Assembly: GCA_041652815.1 (NCBI GenBank)
Contig: JBAZGN010000002.1
Location: 8,209-72,208, forward strand
From: Candidatus Omnitrophota bacterium
Lineage (GTDB): Bacteria > Omnitrophota > Gorgyraeia > Duberdicusellales > 4484-171
Direction: 5' to 3'
Length of the DNA: 64,000 nucleotides
The position numbers and the translations under genes were made by a program. Under the pieces are notes generated by a model. The model saw nothing but the letters and a program-made list of their open reading frames with translations, did no database searches and had not been told where the DNA came from. Below are positions 27,601-42,600 of this stretch, one piece after another (the first letter of the stretch is position 1; every line of letters starts with the position of its first letter).

Positions 27601-30600
27601 ATTATGCGCACCCTTACTTATGAGCGTATGGCAAAACTCTACGCACCCATATTGAACATAAGCCGTGCCGATATCGAACGCATTAATGAAGCTACCAAAG
27701 CTGGCCACCGCATCGTGCTTAATTGCTTAAATGGTTCAACCTATAAGACCCTTATACCGATATTAAAAGAGTTAGGCATCGACTCAAGCGTTTTTATTCC
27801 GGTTAATGCAGAAGAGAGCAGATTCTTTAATGCCGGCTATATGGTGCTTATGGATAAGGAAGGCTATCATAAAATAGAACATTTAGGTGTCGATACAACT
27901 TTAGCTAAAGTTGTGCGCACTATTCCTTATGCCGCAATTTTGGCTAATGAACCTATCGGCAGAAAAGTCTATGAAAAAGACCCGGATTCAGACCGCTTTG
28001 TCCTAAAGCAGATTGTTCCCAATACCCCGGCCCAACAGGCAGTCTTTGCCGAATACGGGCTTACCAGTTATAAACTCGATAACGAACGCTCTCTTGTTGC
28101 GCCTTCTCCCAACAAAACGTTCCTGATCCTTGATATTGTTGATTTTGAGCGTATGGAGCAAGCCGGCACCTGGGCGGATTATCTCTCGCTCTACTTTATC
28201 ACCTATGTATCTACCAACGCTTGGGTGGAATTTGCTAAGGCTATCGAGGGATTACAGGCGGTTATGGCCATGGTTGGTTATAAGAACTTAACCGCATTGC
28301 AGCGGGCGATAGAAGATTGGTATTTTGGCTTACCGCACGAATCCACATTTACCCTGATAGACCAATTAGGCAATCGTATTGTCTTAGAACGCGGGAAATT
28401 CAATAAGTTACGTGTCCACTCTAAAGAGGAAGAAAGCGGTGGCCGAGTTGCCGGAACTGCAGAAGCCGTCACCAACGTTATAGGCCAGAAAGTACTGGCT
28501 ATGCCGGAAAAAAGCGCCGCTGATTCGTTGGTTGCAGAATTGGCGTTTTCTTCAACCCACTATCTTACAAATGGCGGTATGGAGGGTACATATTCTTTTA
28601 CTACCTTCATGGATAGCGCCTTCAAACGCTATAAACTCGTCTCCAAAATAGATAAACGTATTGACATAGAGCATGGCCAGCAAGGGATTATTGCCCAAAT
28701 GATGTATGAGGAACAACAGGCAGCGCTTGCCCGTTGCAAAGCCATTAAGACCAACTTCAATAACTTCTTCTTCTCTTTAGGTAAAGCAGTGCGTGATGGG
28801 ACTATCGACATTCCTGCGGCACGCAGGATTCTTACCGAGGTTATGCCTAAATACCGTGATACCTGGCAGGCGCTTCGTGCCATGACGCTTACCGAAGAAG
28901 AAGTAGCCGGCGGAAAGACCCGTCCCGAAGGCGTACCGATGTACTTTGAAACTGTCGAAGGCCAATCTAAACCATTGGTTACCAAATTCGCTTTCCGTCC
29001 CTCAGGCACCGACCCCTTAAAGAGCAAAGTCTATTTTGATGCCGAGCAAGTTCCAGCTGGCCTTAAGGAAGAATTTGAAGCTTATTTTATTGCGCTTACC
29101 AATTATGATCTTTACGCAGTCCTTGCACACTTTGGTATTGTGCCTATCGTGTCAAAACCGGAAAATATCGTCGAAGCAGCCCAAAAGCTGGACGAAGTCA
29201 GCCTTAAAACACTGACTTTAGATATTGGCCCGCAGGTTGAGGTAAGTTCGCCATCGGCTGAGGGAGCAGAAGAGAAACCAGAGAATGATTCTATAGTATT
29301 TACTGCACGTTCACAAAGCGGAGAGTTAATTGGTTACAGCTTAAATAATGTTCACGGCCATAAAATGCCGGCCACATTTGGCGATAACTACGATATTATT
29401 TGGAATGCCCGCCGAGATGAACTCGAAGTTTATGTCAACGCACACAGCATGCATACTTATATGGTTAATCTTGCTGATGGCAGGCCGCTATGGGATGTTC
29501 GTGAAACAGATATATCTATTCGCGAATATGTAACAGGGGTATGGAAAGAAGCCAGCTCGCCAGCATCCCAGCGGCTCGCTCCTTTCTTTGATAAGTATGG
29601 AATAAATTCTAAAGACAAAGAAGCCGTTATCTTAGCGGCAATTGAATTGAGGGAATCGCTGATAACCTTGAAAAAGCCGGTTAAATGGATGCCGGTTTAC
29701 AAACTCAACAAAACTCTTTTTGCCGGCAAGCCGGTTGTTACGGTCTATAGGTGCGAAGTGGCTGGTCAGGAATTAAACTATGCCATATTTGATTTTAAGA
29801 ATGACAAGAAAGCGCTGCTTCTATTTTTTCTGCAAGGCTATAGTGGCCTTTCAGTCGAAGACCAGCTAGAGGTACGAAGAGTATTGAATATTAAGGATGA
29901 GGATATGGGAAATCTTAATTATCCAGGCCTTGAACAAGCATGGTTTGTTGATTATCCGCAGGATGAATTAGAAACTATTGCGTCGCTGCAGGAGATGCGT
30001 CCAGCGGGAATGATTTCCGGAAGGGATATTCTTGCCAAGAGATTAGAACCTGCGTTAAAACAACAGATAAGAGAACTTACTGTTGGATACTGGAGCCCTG
30101 AAAGTTTACAGCGGCATAATGTCCCGGCAAGGTTAAGCAGCTTTATTGGGCAGCACGTAGGTATAAACGCTGAAGTGCCGGAGATTGATCGTGCTTTTGA
30201 TAAGTTATTTGATTTAAGCCAAGAGGAACAATTAAAATATTTTCCGGATATTATATTTTGGCTTGCGTGGATTGTTGCACGGGGCCACAGCGGATTATTG
30301 CAAAAGTTTGTCTATACCTTAAATCAGGATTCCGGCCAGCTTACCCGCCAACAACAATTTCTGCAATTAGCGCCGCAAGCATGGGAGTTACATTTTAGGG
30401 GTGGCTTAAAGGGTTTACTATTAGACCTAATTTCCCTGCACACGATAGCTACTCCAAAGATTCTTCGTTTGGTAAATGAGGCCATTTCATTATCCAAAGC
30501 CGCAAATGGCACCAGTTCCCCAGCCACAGAAAGCCGCCAGAGCGCTCCTTCGACTTGGTTCGACCTCGTCCTTCGGCAAGCCCAGGACTTCGCTCACCAC

Positions 30601-33600
30601 AGGCCGCTTAGGACAAGCAGTGCACTAGTTGCCAGCAATGGCGCAAGCTCGCCGACACTAACCACAAATCACGATGCACTGCAATACGCTGAACTTGAAT
30701 CTATCCTTTTACCAATCAGGCCGGTTAATCCCTGGGCAGCTTCTGCTTATAGCCGGCCAAGAAAGATTAACCCTACGTCTCGAAAGATAAAAGATGCCCT
30801 CAATACAGTGCCAGATATCCTTCTACGGTGCAAACCTATTGAGCCAGATTTGGTGCAGCCGGCGCTGCAAATGTTAGATAGATATGGCCACCTCGGCACT
30901 AGCCAACTCTTGGATGAACTATCCTCAACCCATAAAGGCCGTACCCTGCCTTTGGTGCTAATTGTTCCGCATGATTTATTAGAGGCCAATAATGCTTTAA
31001 AGGGTATTTTTAGCAGGGCCTTCGTGGTAGTTGGTTTTACTATTGAAGCTAATCCCGAGCCTTATATCCTTTTAGCCCCTGACCTCATTACCCGCAACCG
31101 CCGTGAATTAACTCCTACTTTAGTCTATGCGGCAGAATATGCATGGCGCACACCGCGCGGTTCAACATCACAAGAGGCGCATAACTTAGCAACGATTCTT
31201 GAATCTGCGGTTCGAAGGTTAATAAGAAACGAAAAACTACCCACTAAAAATCCGACAGAGGCAAGCACAAGCTCGCCGGTTACTTCAGAAATCATTCCTT
31301 CCAAAACCATTCTTTTTGGCATATCCGGCGGAGATTGCCCGGGGTTAAATGCCATACTTTCCGGCCTCTTGGAAAGCGCAACCGAAGCCGGTATCAGTGT
31401 CGCTACCATGGACGGAGGCTTTGAAACTCTTTGCGCAAAACCTGAAAAGTTTACTAAAGGATTACGGCTGGTTAATCCCGACGAAAAAGATGCCTTGAAA
31501 TACCTGCCTTCGATAATTTCCCGTTCTTCACGCGCTAAATTAGACGATAAAAATCAGGATAATGCCGTAGCTAACGGAAAAGATTTCTACGCTATATTTT
31601 TTGTGGGCGGAGATGACCACGCCCGCCAAGCTAAAAAATTAGCTGACCTTTTTGTAAAGCTTGGCATACAGGTCCCTATATTTATCGCCTTAAAAACTGT
31701 AGATGATGATACGGCTGCTCAAGCCATAGGCGCTCACACCGCTATAAGCCACGGGCGCCAGGATTTCTTATCTACCGCAATAACCACTTGGGCACATAGA
31801 AAGCTTTCTGTCGATGAAAATATGGGCAGAAACAGAGGTTGGATTACTATTCAGGCAGGAGATATGCGTTTGGGAGAACGCGATAAGAATTATCCAGAAA
31901 GAAAATGGATTTTAGCTCAAATTGGCCCAAGTATTGTCCAGCTTATTCCGGAAAAACCTTCTTACCTGGTAGACTTCCTGATTGAAACTGTTAATCGTAT
32001 GGGAGAAATTGAAACTTTATATGATGCAATGGTGAGGCCAATAGGCCAAAGGATTAGGCTTTATACTAATACTAATGCTTCTGAAGGTTATCAATTCAAG
32101 GATTTTTCACCTTTACATAGAAAGAAAAAAGATACTTTATTCTATAAGCTCCTTGCCTTAGATGAGTCGCTTAAGGCTGAATTTTATGCGGTAAAAGAAT
32201 ATGATGTCCATGGCAATCCCAAGTTAGTAGGATTGTCCAGATATATCGTATCAGCATTAAAATATTTACCGGAATTAGCCAGATACAACCAGCAGCTTAA
32301 GGCGGCGCTTGATATCCTTAAAGAGAAAATGCGGCAAGAAGGCGTAGCTGAAAAGTCACTTTTCGGTAAAGAAGAGCGCTACCATGGTATTGTTAAGTGG
32401 GTAAGAGAACTCTTAAGCCTGCCTACTGCGCTTACTATAATCTCAGGCGTACGCCACAATTTACCTAACTATATAATTAGAGGACAATCTCCAGATGAAG
32501 AAGACAAAACTTATGGTGTTAATATTGGCCATTATGGTTTTAGGGCTATACAATTAGCAAGAAGGCAGATTAGCAGAGGAAGGCCGCTTACTTTAACCGG
32601 TTATGTCGTAACGGTGCATAGAGGGGCAAATCTTTTAAGCGCTAAACCTATGCTTATGCAGGCGAAGGATGCCGCTAAGGGAGTTGATGTTACGACAGTT
32701 TATAGCGATGAGGATTTAAAAAGTATGGGAGTGTGGTGGAAGGAATCCGCAAGTTCAGCGGCAGCACAAGTTGTAAACAGAAATGATACCCTGCGGCAGA
32801 AAATCTCCGGCTTAGATAACGAAATCACCAGGCTAAGAACCGTATTAACCTCTTTACAGAGAGAACTAAACAAATTGTTATCGCAAAAGCCTTCCAATTT
32901 CCCCGGAGAAATTTTATTGGCCCTAAGCACATTAAATAGAGTCCGCGCTGAGCTATCGTTACTGGAAAGAATCAGGGCTCATCTTGAGGCAGCAAACCAC
33001 GGCAGAAAATATACGCCTAATCCGGCATATCTGATTCCAGGCACAGGGTATAGGGCGGTAAACGGAAGCCATCGTATCCCGGGCGCAAGCTCACCGTTGA
33101 CAGAGTACCAGGCTATCAGGCTACCTGCTACCAGCAAGAATGCCGGTTTTTCACCGCTAACCACTAGCCGCTATTCGCCATGCGCTAATGTAGGCAGTAG
33201 CGTAGCGATAAATAGAAAATTGCCGTTAGTTGTAATACAAGACAGCTTTACCTATATATATAGGGAGCAAGTGATCGATAACCATAACCCAAGAGGGTCG
33301 CCGGCATTTCCCATAATTATTACCAGTGGCTTCGAATTAACCCACGGTTTAGTCAGTGAAGCCGACATTGATGCCAAGGCTGTTTTTATCCACCCTTATT
33401 TCTTTTCGGCTGATGTATCGTGGTTAGAGATATTACGTCTTGAACGCCAATGCCAACAAAGGCAGGAAGATAAATTAAATAGGTTGCGTAGAGAAGTCGG
33501 TAGTAGAGAAAAACCATCCGGCTCTTCACCACTTAAAAAAGCCCTCGTCCTTGATTGTGATGGTGTACTCTGGGAGGGAATAGTAGCTGAAGATGGTATT

Positions 33601-36600
33601 GAGGGTATTCTACTTTCCCCTATGCATATAGAGTTTCAGAAAAAAGTAAAAACCTTCAAAGAAGAAGGCGCCCTTTTGGCAATAAACAGCAAAAATGACC
33701 CTGAAGATGTTTTGGCAGTATTGGATAATCATCCTGAAATGGTTTTGAGAAGGGAAGATTTCGCTGCCATGAGAATAAACTGGCAGAAAAAAACTACTAA
33801 TTTGAGAGAAATTGCAAAGGAATTAAATATCGGCATTGATAGTTTAGTATTTCTAGATGATAGTCCTCAAGAGAGAGAGTTAGTTCGGATGAGTTGTCCA
33901 GAAGTTGTAACGGTTGATTTAACCAGTAGACCTTCAGCTCGCCTGCAACAAATAGAGGAATTAAGCATTTTATTTTCTCAAGTAACAGTGACTGCTGAAG
34001 ATAAGAAAAGAACACCTCTTATTGCCATTCAGAGACAAAGAGAGCAACTAAAAGAACAAGCAGCATCTCTCGAGGGTTATTATCGCTCTTTGAAAATGAA
34101 GGTTATTGTTCGAGAAGGAAATGAGAATGTAGTTTATGTTTCTCGCATATCTCAATTAACTCAGAGAACTAATCAGTTTAATCTTACAGGCTATAGATAT
34201 ACCGAGGAAGAAATTCGAAGGTTGTTGCGAAATCCTGATTATGCAATATTTACAGTAGAGCTTGAAGACAAATTTGGTAACGATGGTATTGTGGGGGTAA
34301 TGATACTTTTTAGAACAAGCGGGACACAGTTCAATATAGATACCTTTTGTTTAAGTTGTAGAGCCTTGGGAAGGATGGTGGAAGTGGCATTCTTTGGCTC
34401 AGTGGTAAACAGATTAAGAGAACGGCGAGTTGGAGTTCGTATTTTGAGGGGTTATTATAATAGAATGAAGAGAAACAGGATGGTGGCTGATCTTTTCCAC
34501 CAGTTTGGTTTTAAAAGCGAACCGTTTAAACCGTTGTTGCATCTATATTGCTCATATAGCGAAAAATTCAAAGATGCAAAGAGCTGGAGCGTTGATTTAG
34601 AAAATGTTTTTCTTATGGTTCCTTGGTGGATAAGTGTTTATCAGAAAAAGGGAAATAGGTTCAGGCCTATTAAATTTGGACCGGAACCAGAAAGTAGCCA
34701 TGATGATAAAGTAGCTCAATATAAGAATAGTGTGAAAGGTATAGAAATGACGGTTAGGCTGGGAGGGGATAGTTACCACCATAACATAATAGGTAAAGTT
34801 GACACATCTGAATTTGATCGTTTCCCCCCACAATTAGAAGATTTTTCGGGAAACAAAAGATTATTTAAAATGTTGTTGGATATAGAAATTTCCTTTAGCT
34901 ATCTTGCTTTTGAGTTGGAATGGCTTAATACCATACAAGACGGCACATGCCCTGATTACGGAATGGAATTTTTCATGAGCTGGTATAATTTACATTTTTA
35001 TTTGGTTTCTCCCATTATGCATACAATCATACAAGATGGGGAAGAGTTTGAGCGTTTTACCAAGGCATTTCATAACTTTTGTATGCAGAATAGCGAAAGT
35101 TTAGCTTTATTATCTTGTGCTTTGCTGGGTCGCCCTTGTGATTATCATCGAAATTTTAAACGAGATAGAGTAAGGCTTCTACTAATGAATATTTATAGCG
35201 ATTACCGTCAAGAAAAGGTTGACCATTGGGCAAAACATTTTGAGTTTTCAACTTATTTGGAATTGTCAAACAGAACTTCAAGTCCCAGCGCTTACCCCGG
35301 TCATACCAGGTTGGGTCATATCAAATGTTTGTTATGGAAAAACCACAATATTAATCTTGCTGATGGCAGGCCGCTATGGGATGTTCGTGAAACAGATATA
35401 TCTATTCGCGAATATGTAACAGAGGTATGGAAAGAAGCCAGCTCGCCAGCATCCCAGCGGCTCGCTCCTTTCTTTAATAAATATAAAATAAATTCTAAAG
35501 ACAGAGAAGCCGTTATTTTAGCGGCAATTGTTTCGTCGGCAGTCACAGATTCCATATTAATTAAAGAATACAAGGAAAATACAAGCTCGCCGATTGCATT
35601 TCCGTTTTCAACCACCACTAAATCCTTGCCGTCGAAAAGCGATGTATTTAAGGCGCTTAGTGGAATACGAATGGGCGATAGCCGATTTGTTTTTGTAGCT
35701 AATAAAGAAATTTTATCTCCGGCGTTAGACTTTTTATATCACAGCGGAGAAGCTGCAGCAGGAGAATACCTCGAAGCAATAATGGCTGGGCATAGAATTC
35801 TTGCTCCGCCGCAAGAAATGCTTGAACAAAATCCAGATTTACAGAAAATTTTAGGCGACATAGACGCTATAGTCTATCGCGATAAAGGGAAAGATTGGAT
35901 TTTCCTTGCCTCTTCTCTGTCTACCGGCAATAAACTCAGGTTGAAAGCATCTTTAATTTACGGTTCCGTAATAGCCAGGCAATTATCTGAGCTTTCTTTT
36001 ACCACCAGAGAATTGTACAGAGATAATTATGATGAGATTAATACTTACGCCTCAAGGTTAGCGCGCTTTAGTATGTATGCTTACATAGCCGGACCTACCC
36101 ACTATAGCAGGCATAGTGATAAAGATGATCAGGTATTCGTTATATCTAAAGAGGGCGGTTTAGCTTTTTATACTAACGGTAACCGCAGCGGTCAGCATCT
36201 TTTCCATAAGTATCCTTTTAATTCAGCAATTACTTTTAGCCAATCGCAATGGATTACTACTGATTTAGCAATCAAGCTAATCGCCAGTTATTTTGACGCT
36301 AAAGATACGCATTGGTTAGCTGTATCTGCTTTGGTCGGCAATAGGCCTGTTACCGGTTTATTAGTTTATGGAGAAAATAATTTTAAAGTTAAACACGGCC
36401 GGCAGGAGCAAGAATTAGAAGCATTGATAGCAGGAATATTATTTGACCTTATTAAGGTACGCCAGGCAAGCGTTTTATCCTTTCAATACCCCGTTATCAC
36501 CAATAATACCGTCGAAATAGAAACACAAAATATACCCGACAGATATAGGCAAAACACCCAACGTTTAGCGCAATTGATGAAATCAGAATCCTGGCCGCCG

Positions 36601-39600
36601 TTTTTAATCAAGATAGAACCCCGTTTTGTGGATATTCGTTTAGGTGTTGGCGGAAAAGCTTCGTTGGCCCCTTTGAATAGGAGCATTCCGAGAGGAAAAC
36701 TGTTTAAGAGTGTGCAGCAAAATGCTGTAGAGGTTCAGCAAATTTCCAGCTCAATAGAATCGTCTTTCAACGATATAAGCAGAGCCGCGACAACCGTGGC
36801 GTCCGGCTCTGCTGTTTTCTTTACAAAAGTTGCAGATGGCTCAGGGTTCGCCTCCCCACTACGAGCGTCTGCAATTTTTGGTTCTTCGCGCCATGCCGGA
36901 TTTTTCATTCCTTTAGTCCCAGCCTCCGCAAGCCCGGCTATACCAGATGTAAGCAGGCGCCAGAGGTCACGAATGAATAATATGTTGTTACGGTTGGCAA
37001 TATTAGAGCAAATCTCTGCACAAGATAAGCTCACGCAAACAGATAGAGCAGTGGAAGAGGGCAATTTATTAAGTACTTTAGGTGAGTTAAGTGCGTTACA
37101 AGCCCGCGCGCCACCGAAAAAGTTATCTGAAAAAGCAAATTGTTATTTATCCAAACGCAAAGTCCATATACGAGAATTAGAGAGAGGCCGCTATAGCCAA
37201 TCGCACCATTTATCACGTTTATACGGTTTGGGAAAAGTTTCCTACAAACTAAACATTTATTTAAGCACTAGGCTTATTTCAAAAGCTATCGACAGGGTTT
37301 CCTCAAGCCTCGTTTCGGTTCCAGAGGGATTAGGCATCGCTAATCGTCGCGGGTTTATGATAAGTGTATTGAGTATGTTGACATTGGCTGCATTGGGCTG
37401 TAATAAAAGAAAAAATGCACCATCTCAGCAAAAAGCAAATAATCAGCCTGCAAAAGCTGAAACGAAGGTGCTTTCCGAAGAAGAAGTTAGAACAGAAATC
37501 ATTAAGCGATTAAAACTTTTGAATAAGCAGGAGGCCGAATATTTTTATTTAAGCTTAGTGGTTATAAGTATGATTATTTCCGGCCCCCCGGGAACTACTA
37601 TTAATCCTTCCAAGATGCTTGTAAAAACTATCAATGAAGGAAAACTTGTGATCTATAAGGTTGACAGAGAAGAAATGCGGATAATTTATGCTCTATTATA
37701 TTCTATCGGCCAAGGCGAAGCAATAAATGAGAATGCCGAGGTTGAAGGGGTAACTATTTATTCGGATAACCCTGAAAATCCTTACATTGTTGTTTTGAAT
37801 GAAAAAATCTTTGATAATGCTACCGAAACATTAGCAATATTTATTCACGAATTAGCTGGGCATGCTGCTTACAAGATTGCCGGCAAGCAATATCAACATT
37901 ATAGCCATGAAGAGATTGATGCCTATGGCGCGGAGATTGGCGTATTAGAATTATTGCAGAAAGAAGAAGGAAGAACAGGCCTTATCAAGGTAATTTCTAG
38001 AAATTTAGCCGGAAAGGTATCTCCGGCCGCACTTGAATGGTTAAAGAAAGCTTTAGACCCCGAAGAACTTGCACGAGTTATTGAGCAAGCAAAGAAGCAC
38101 AGGCAGCGATATCGCGATATTCTCAAAAATCAAAGCCTTTTGATTCCTCAGGGAAGATTTCAAGCGGTTCATAGCGTTAATAACTCATTTAGCGGCAAGG
38201 ATAGCGACACGCTTCTATCAGCAATTCAAGAACAAACCCTAGGCTTTACCTCTCAAAACGCCATGCGCCATGCGCTATACGCTATGCGAAACACCGCCTC
38301 CTCAAGCCCTCTGTTTGTTCCGGATTTTATAGCCACTGCTGTCGAAGAAATGGTTGACGCATACAAAGCAAAAATTAATGCTGCGAATATTTATCAAATG
38401 CATTTATTGATATTAGTAGATTCAGCACCATTCTTGGAAAGTTTTTGTGCGCTTAGCGGCGAAGGACCGTTTATTACCAAGCTTAGTGAGCCGTTGCCAG
38501 AAGATGCAGCTCATAAATTAGGGCCAACGCTTACTGCAGTAACGTCCAAGCTAATGGAAATTCCCCAAGAGCAGCGCGGTGAGATCTGGGTTATTAGAAT
38601 TCTTCCTATCGCAGAAAGGCCGTTTGAATATCCTATTGAATTAGATCGAAAAATCAAAGCTAGCCAAAGTCCAACTATTATTTTTATTGCGCCGAATTCA
38701 ACACTAAGAGAAAATTTAAGATTCATTGAATACATCCGGTCTGTCAATCAATTCGGCGAAGCAAAGGCTATATTAGTGACTGATAATCCCGAAGTCTTTC
38801 TTGCGCTTCAGGATTATAGGGCCGGCACCGATCAACTAATGGCGGACCGTATGGGTATGCGTCCTTACGACCTTCGTAAAGAAATTCTTACTAAGCCATC
38901 TGATTCACAAACAGATCCCGCCTCCTCAAGCCCAAGTATGTCCCGCCGCGCATTTTTGGGAGGAATGGTAAGCGCAATAGCATCAGGAAAATTTTTATCC
39001 GCTGCCGAACCTACGCCAATTGGCGCTGCCTCAAAAGACGTCGAATATTATAAATTTGATAACCCCGACTTTAAGACTAAAGAAGGCGAGGTAAATGTTG
39101 CCGTTAAACCTGCCACATACCCTTTAACGAGGGTGGTAGAGGTTGGTTCGCTCGCCGAAATTATCAGTATGCATCCTGAGTTTCCTATGCATAAGGTGAA
39201 TAAAGAATTCTTGCAGGCACATCGTATTTATAGAATAAAAGGAACAAACATATTCCATATAGAATTCGTTGATGAAGTCTTTATGAAGTTTTTCAATGGC
39301 GGCGAAGTATTTTCTATGAGTGCAGATGAGTTTGCGCAAAAGTTTAATGCAGCAAATGAAGCGGTTAACAGAGGCAAAGACGGTATAATCGGCTATATAA
39401 CAAAAGAGCTTAATTTAGCTATCGCCGGACAGCAATTAGCTGATGAACTTGCAGGAAGATTGCCGCGCTACTTGGCCGCGTTAGAGTTTGATTTATGCTC
39501 TTTGGGTATACTTCAACGCAGTAAGGATAAATGGCGGTTTATTTTAAGCGGTAAAAAGACAACGGCAATTATGGGGTCGAACGTTTGGGTTCCTGTCAAA

Positions 39601-42600
39601 CCAAGGACAGTTGGTTTACGCAGGGCTTTTAACTTGGGATTTTTTGTTTCCGACAAACAATACGAAAATTATGTGCGGCGCATCTGGCAGGACAGATTTA
39701 GCGCCAATCAGAGAGGCAGGCTGCGCAATTTTATAGCAGTGATTTTAAGCCAGAATCTCGATAGTAAAGAAGCCGCACGCTTAGGCGATGAGATTAAAGG
39801 TTGGAACGACGATAAGATTTTGTCTCAACTGGTCCTTTATTTTACCGATATGCTTGTAGGAGGCTCTGTTGGCGTCGACAGTGGGGTTAGCCTTGAGGAT
39901 AGAAAGCTGGCATTTCAGATGAGTGTTGAACTTGGGCAGAACGAACCCGCTATTTTGGACAAAAATAAGCACGCCCGCTATGATGCAAATTATGACAAAG
40001 ATATTGTAACTGCACGAAAGAGAACGAAATTGGAAAAATCACAACCGCAACAGTCGCCTAAAGGTAAAGACAGCTTCCGTTTAGAGTCGCAGTCAAAGAG
40101 CTTATCATCGTCTCCTACGGAAGAATCGCCAGAAGTGGATTTAAGATATGCAAATTTCTTTCTAGAGCCAGGGAGGATAGTAAATTGTCTTGCTATGGGG
40201 CCTAAACCGCACACAAAATTTTTAGTAGCCTGGGAACAAGAAATCCAAATAGTTAATCAACAATTAGAAATTACGCCTACCGATTTCAGCCTGCCAGCTG
40301 AATTAGGCAAACTTATTCTTCCTTACCGGTTTGCGTCAAGCCCGTTATCACCGAATGTTGATAGTGCTAATCTTTTCCGCAGATTTAAGCAGATGGCTTT
40401 TGAGCTTCGGTATAGGATGAGAGGAAACGAATTCGAACCAGCCTGGAGAGGACGAGCTTTCCAACTCAAAAAAGATTTAGAATATTTTCTGGCTGCCCAT
40501 AGTGAATTGGAAAAATCCAAAAGTGAAATTAACAGAATGAGAGCCAAGCTAAATATATCCATACAAGCAGTAAAGGATAAAACCGGATTAAAGGCAATAG
40601 CAGTGAATAACGATGCTATTAAATGGCATATGCCAGAGATGAATGAATTCCAACTTCTGCTTGATTCCTATCGCAAGCAGTATGCCAACGCAAGGTTTTT
40701 ATATCAGTCTTTTTATAGCTCTTATAGAAGCTTAAGAAATGAAATGACAGAAGCGCTGAACAGGGCTTTGCCTCTGGTTGTGGAGGCAGAAGAAAGCATA
40801 GATGCCTCTATTGGTGAAGAGTTAAGCGGGTTTTATGAAACAATACGGATAGCAATGGGTATCTTTTCTGACCTTGAAGAAATGAGGGCTAGGTTAGAGA
40901 AAGGCCCCAATGAAGATTATTTAGCAGGAGGGTTAAGGGCTGAATATGAAAATGAGGATGGCGTATTGAATTTTACTTATATAGAGCCTGCCCAGCAGCC
41001 TATAGATGAAGGTGAAATGTGGTGGTCCTTAAGATACAAGCTTGTTTACTCATGGTGGAAATTTCTATCTTATAGTTCAGCTGAATTTGCGAACTCTTGG
41101 GCCGAGTCAGCAGAAACTCCTTCTATCTGGCCATTTCAAATGGCTAGAACTTTATTAGAAGATATTGAAAAACGTTTAGCCGGGGTTAACAAAAAAAGAA
41201 ATAATTTCGCTCACCATACAGTTAAAGAAAGCGCTTATGCTGATTTGTCAGAGTTAGCAGCCAAGATAAGAAAGAAATGGCCTAAACAAATAGTTGAGCT
41301 CACCCAAGAAGAACTTAGTATTTTAAAATCTATCATTGACGAGTTAGAAAAGGAAAAAGGCGCAATATCTAAAGCTTATCGTTCAGGAAAAATGAAAAAA
41401 TTTGATGACGAAGTATGGGTATATATTGGAAACCTTTACAGATTAACTGAAATTAATAGGGATAACGCTGTAGGAGCTATCTTGGCACCAGTTGTTTTTC
41501 CTAATATTGGATTGAACTCAAGCTATTTAGAACGGGAAGAGCATGAGTCGGTGGAAATGATTTTCGGTATTGATGAAACTAATTTAAATTACGCTGTGAT
41601 GCGTGTAAAGAGCAATTTTGGTTTACGCGCTAAATCAAGAGCATTTGCTGATTATAAACAAACGCATCGCAACGTAATAGCTTTATTACACACAATCCTC
41701 GGGCAGAAAAGAATTGTTCTGGTAATGAATTTCAATGGAGAACGTAATATTATCGATATTCAGGCAACTCTTGAGCTTGACGATAATGATAATTCTGCTG
41801 CTTCGCCTGTTGCCTTTGGCGGCAATTCAGATGCCATAGGTAAGGCCGCCTCAAGCCCCATCGCGAAAGCGGCTGTGCACAAGCGCTATACTGTTACCAA
41901 TCTTGAGATTGGCGCAAAACCTACAGTTAATCCTTACGGAGATGGCAAGGTGCCCTTGGAACGGTTAGTTTCAGGAGCGTTTCTGCCCGGCTGTTATAAG
42001 GCGTTACTGCCACAAGGCATAGCTTCTACGCTTCCCGAAGTAATTACGCGGCATATTCGTGAACGGGCGATGGCTGCCGCAATTAAAGACCCAGAAGTAA
42101 GAGATGATGATGATAAGAGATGCCTTGCGGTTATGCTAAACAGTATAGAGCAATTAGCGAGAGCCATAGCAGAAACCGTTACGCAAAGGCAAGAGCCATA
42201 TACGCGAATAGTGCTTTTTGGCGGGGTTACAGAATATGCAGGAAAATTTTATTACAATAGGCTGCAAGCAAAAGTTGAAGAATTTTTATCCAAAGGCCGA
42301 ACCGTCGAAATTGTTCTTTCTTCTATGGGCAATGCTCGAGCAATTATCGGTGCTGTGGCTAATAGCCTTTTTGTTACCGGTTCTGCCCAGACTACCAAGA
42401 AATATGCCGCAGGGGTAGATTTAGGAGGAACAAACATCAGGGCCGGCTTGGTAAATTTAGAGGCAATGCAGGTAGAAGGGCCTATCGAGAAAGGCCCGGT
42501 CTTACCGGATGATGAGAGTAGAGCCGGCATGGTTAAGATAAGCCGGAAGCTTCAGGACAACTCCTTAGGAATGGATTTTGATAGTTTACCTTCTGATTTA

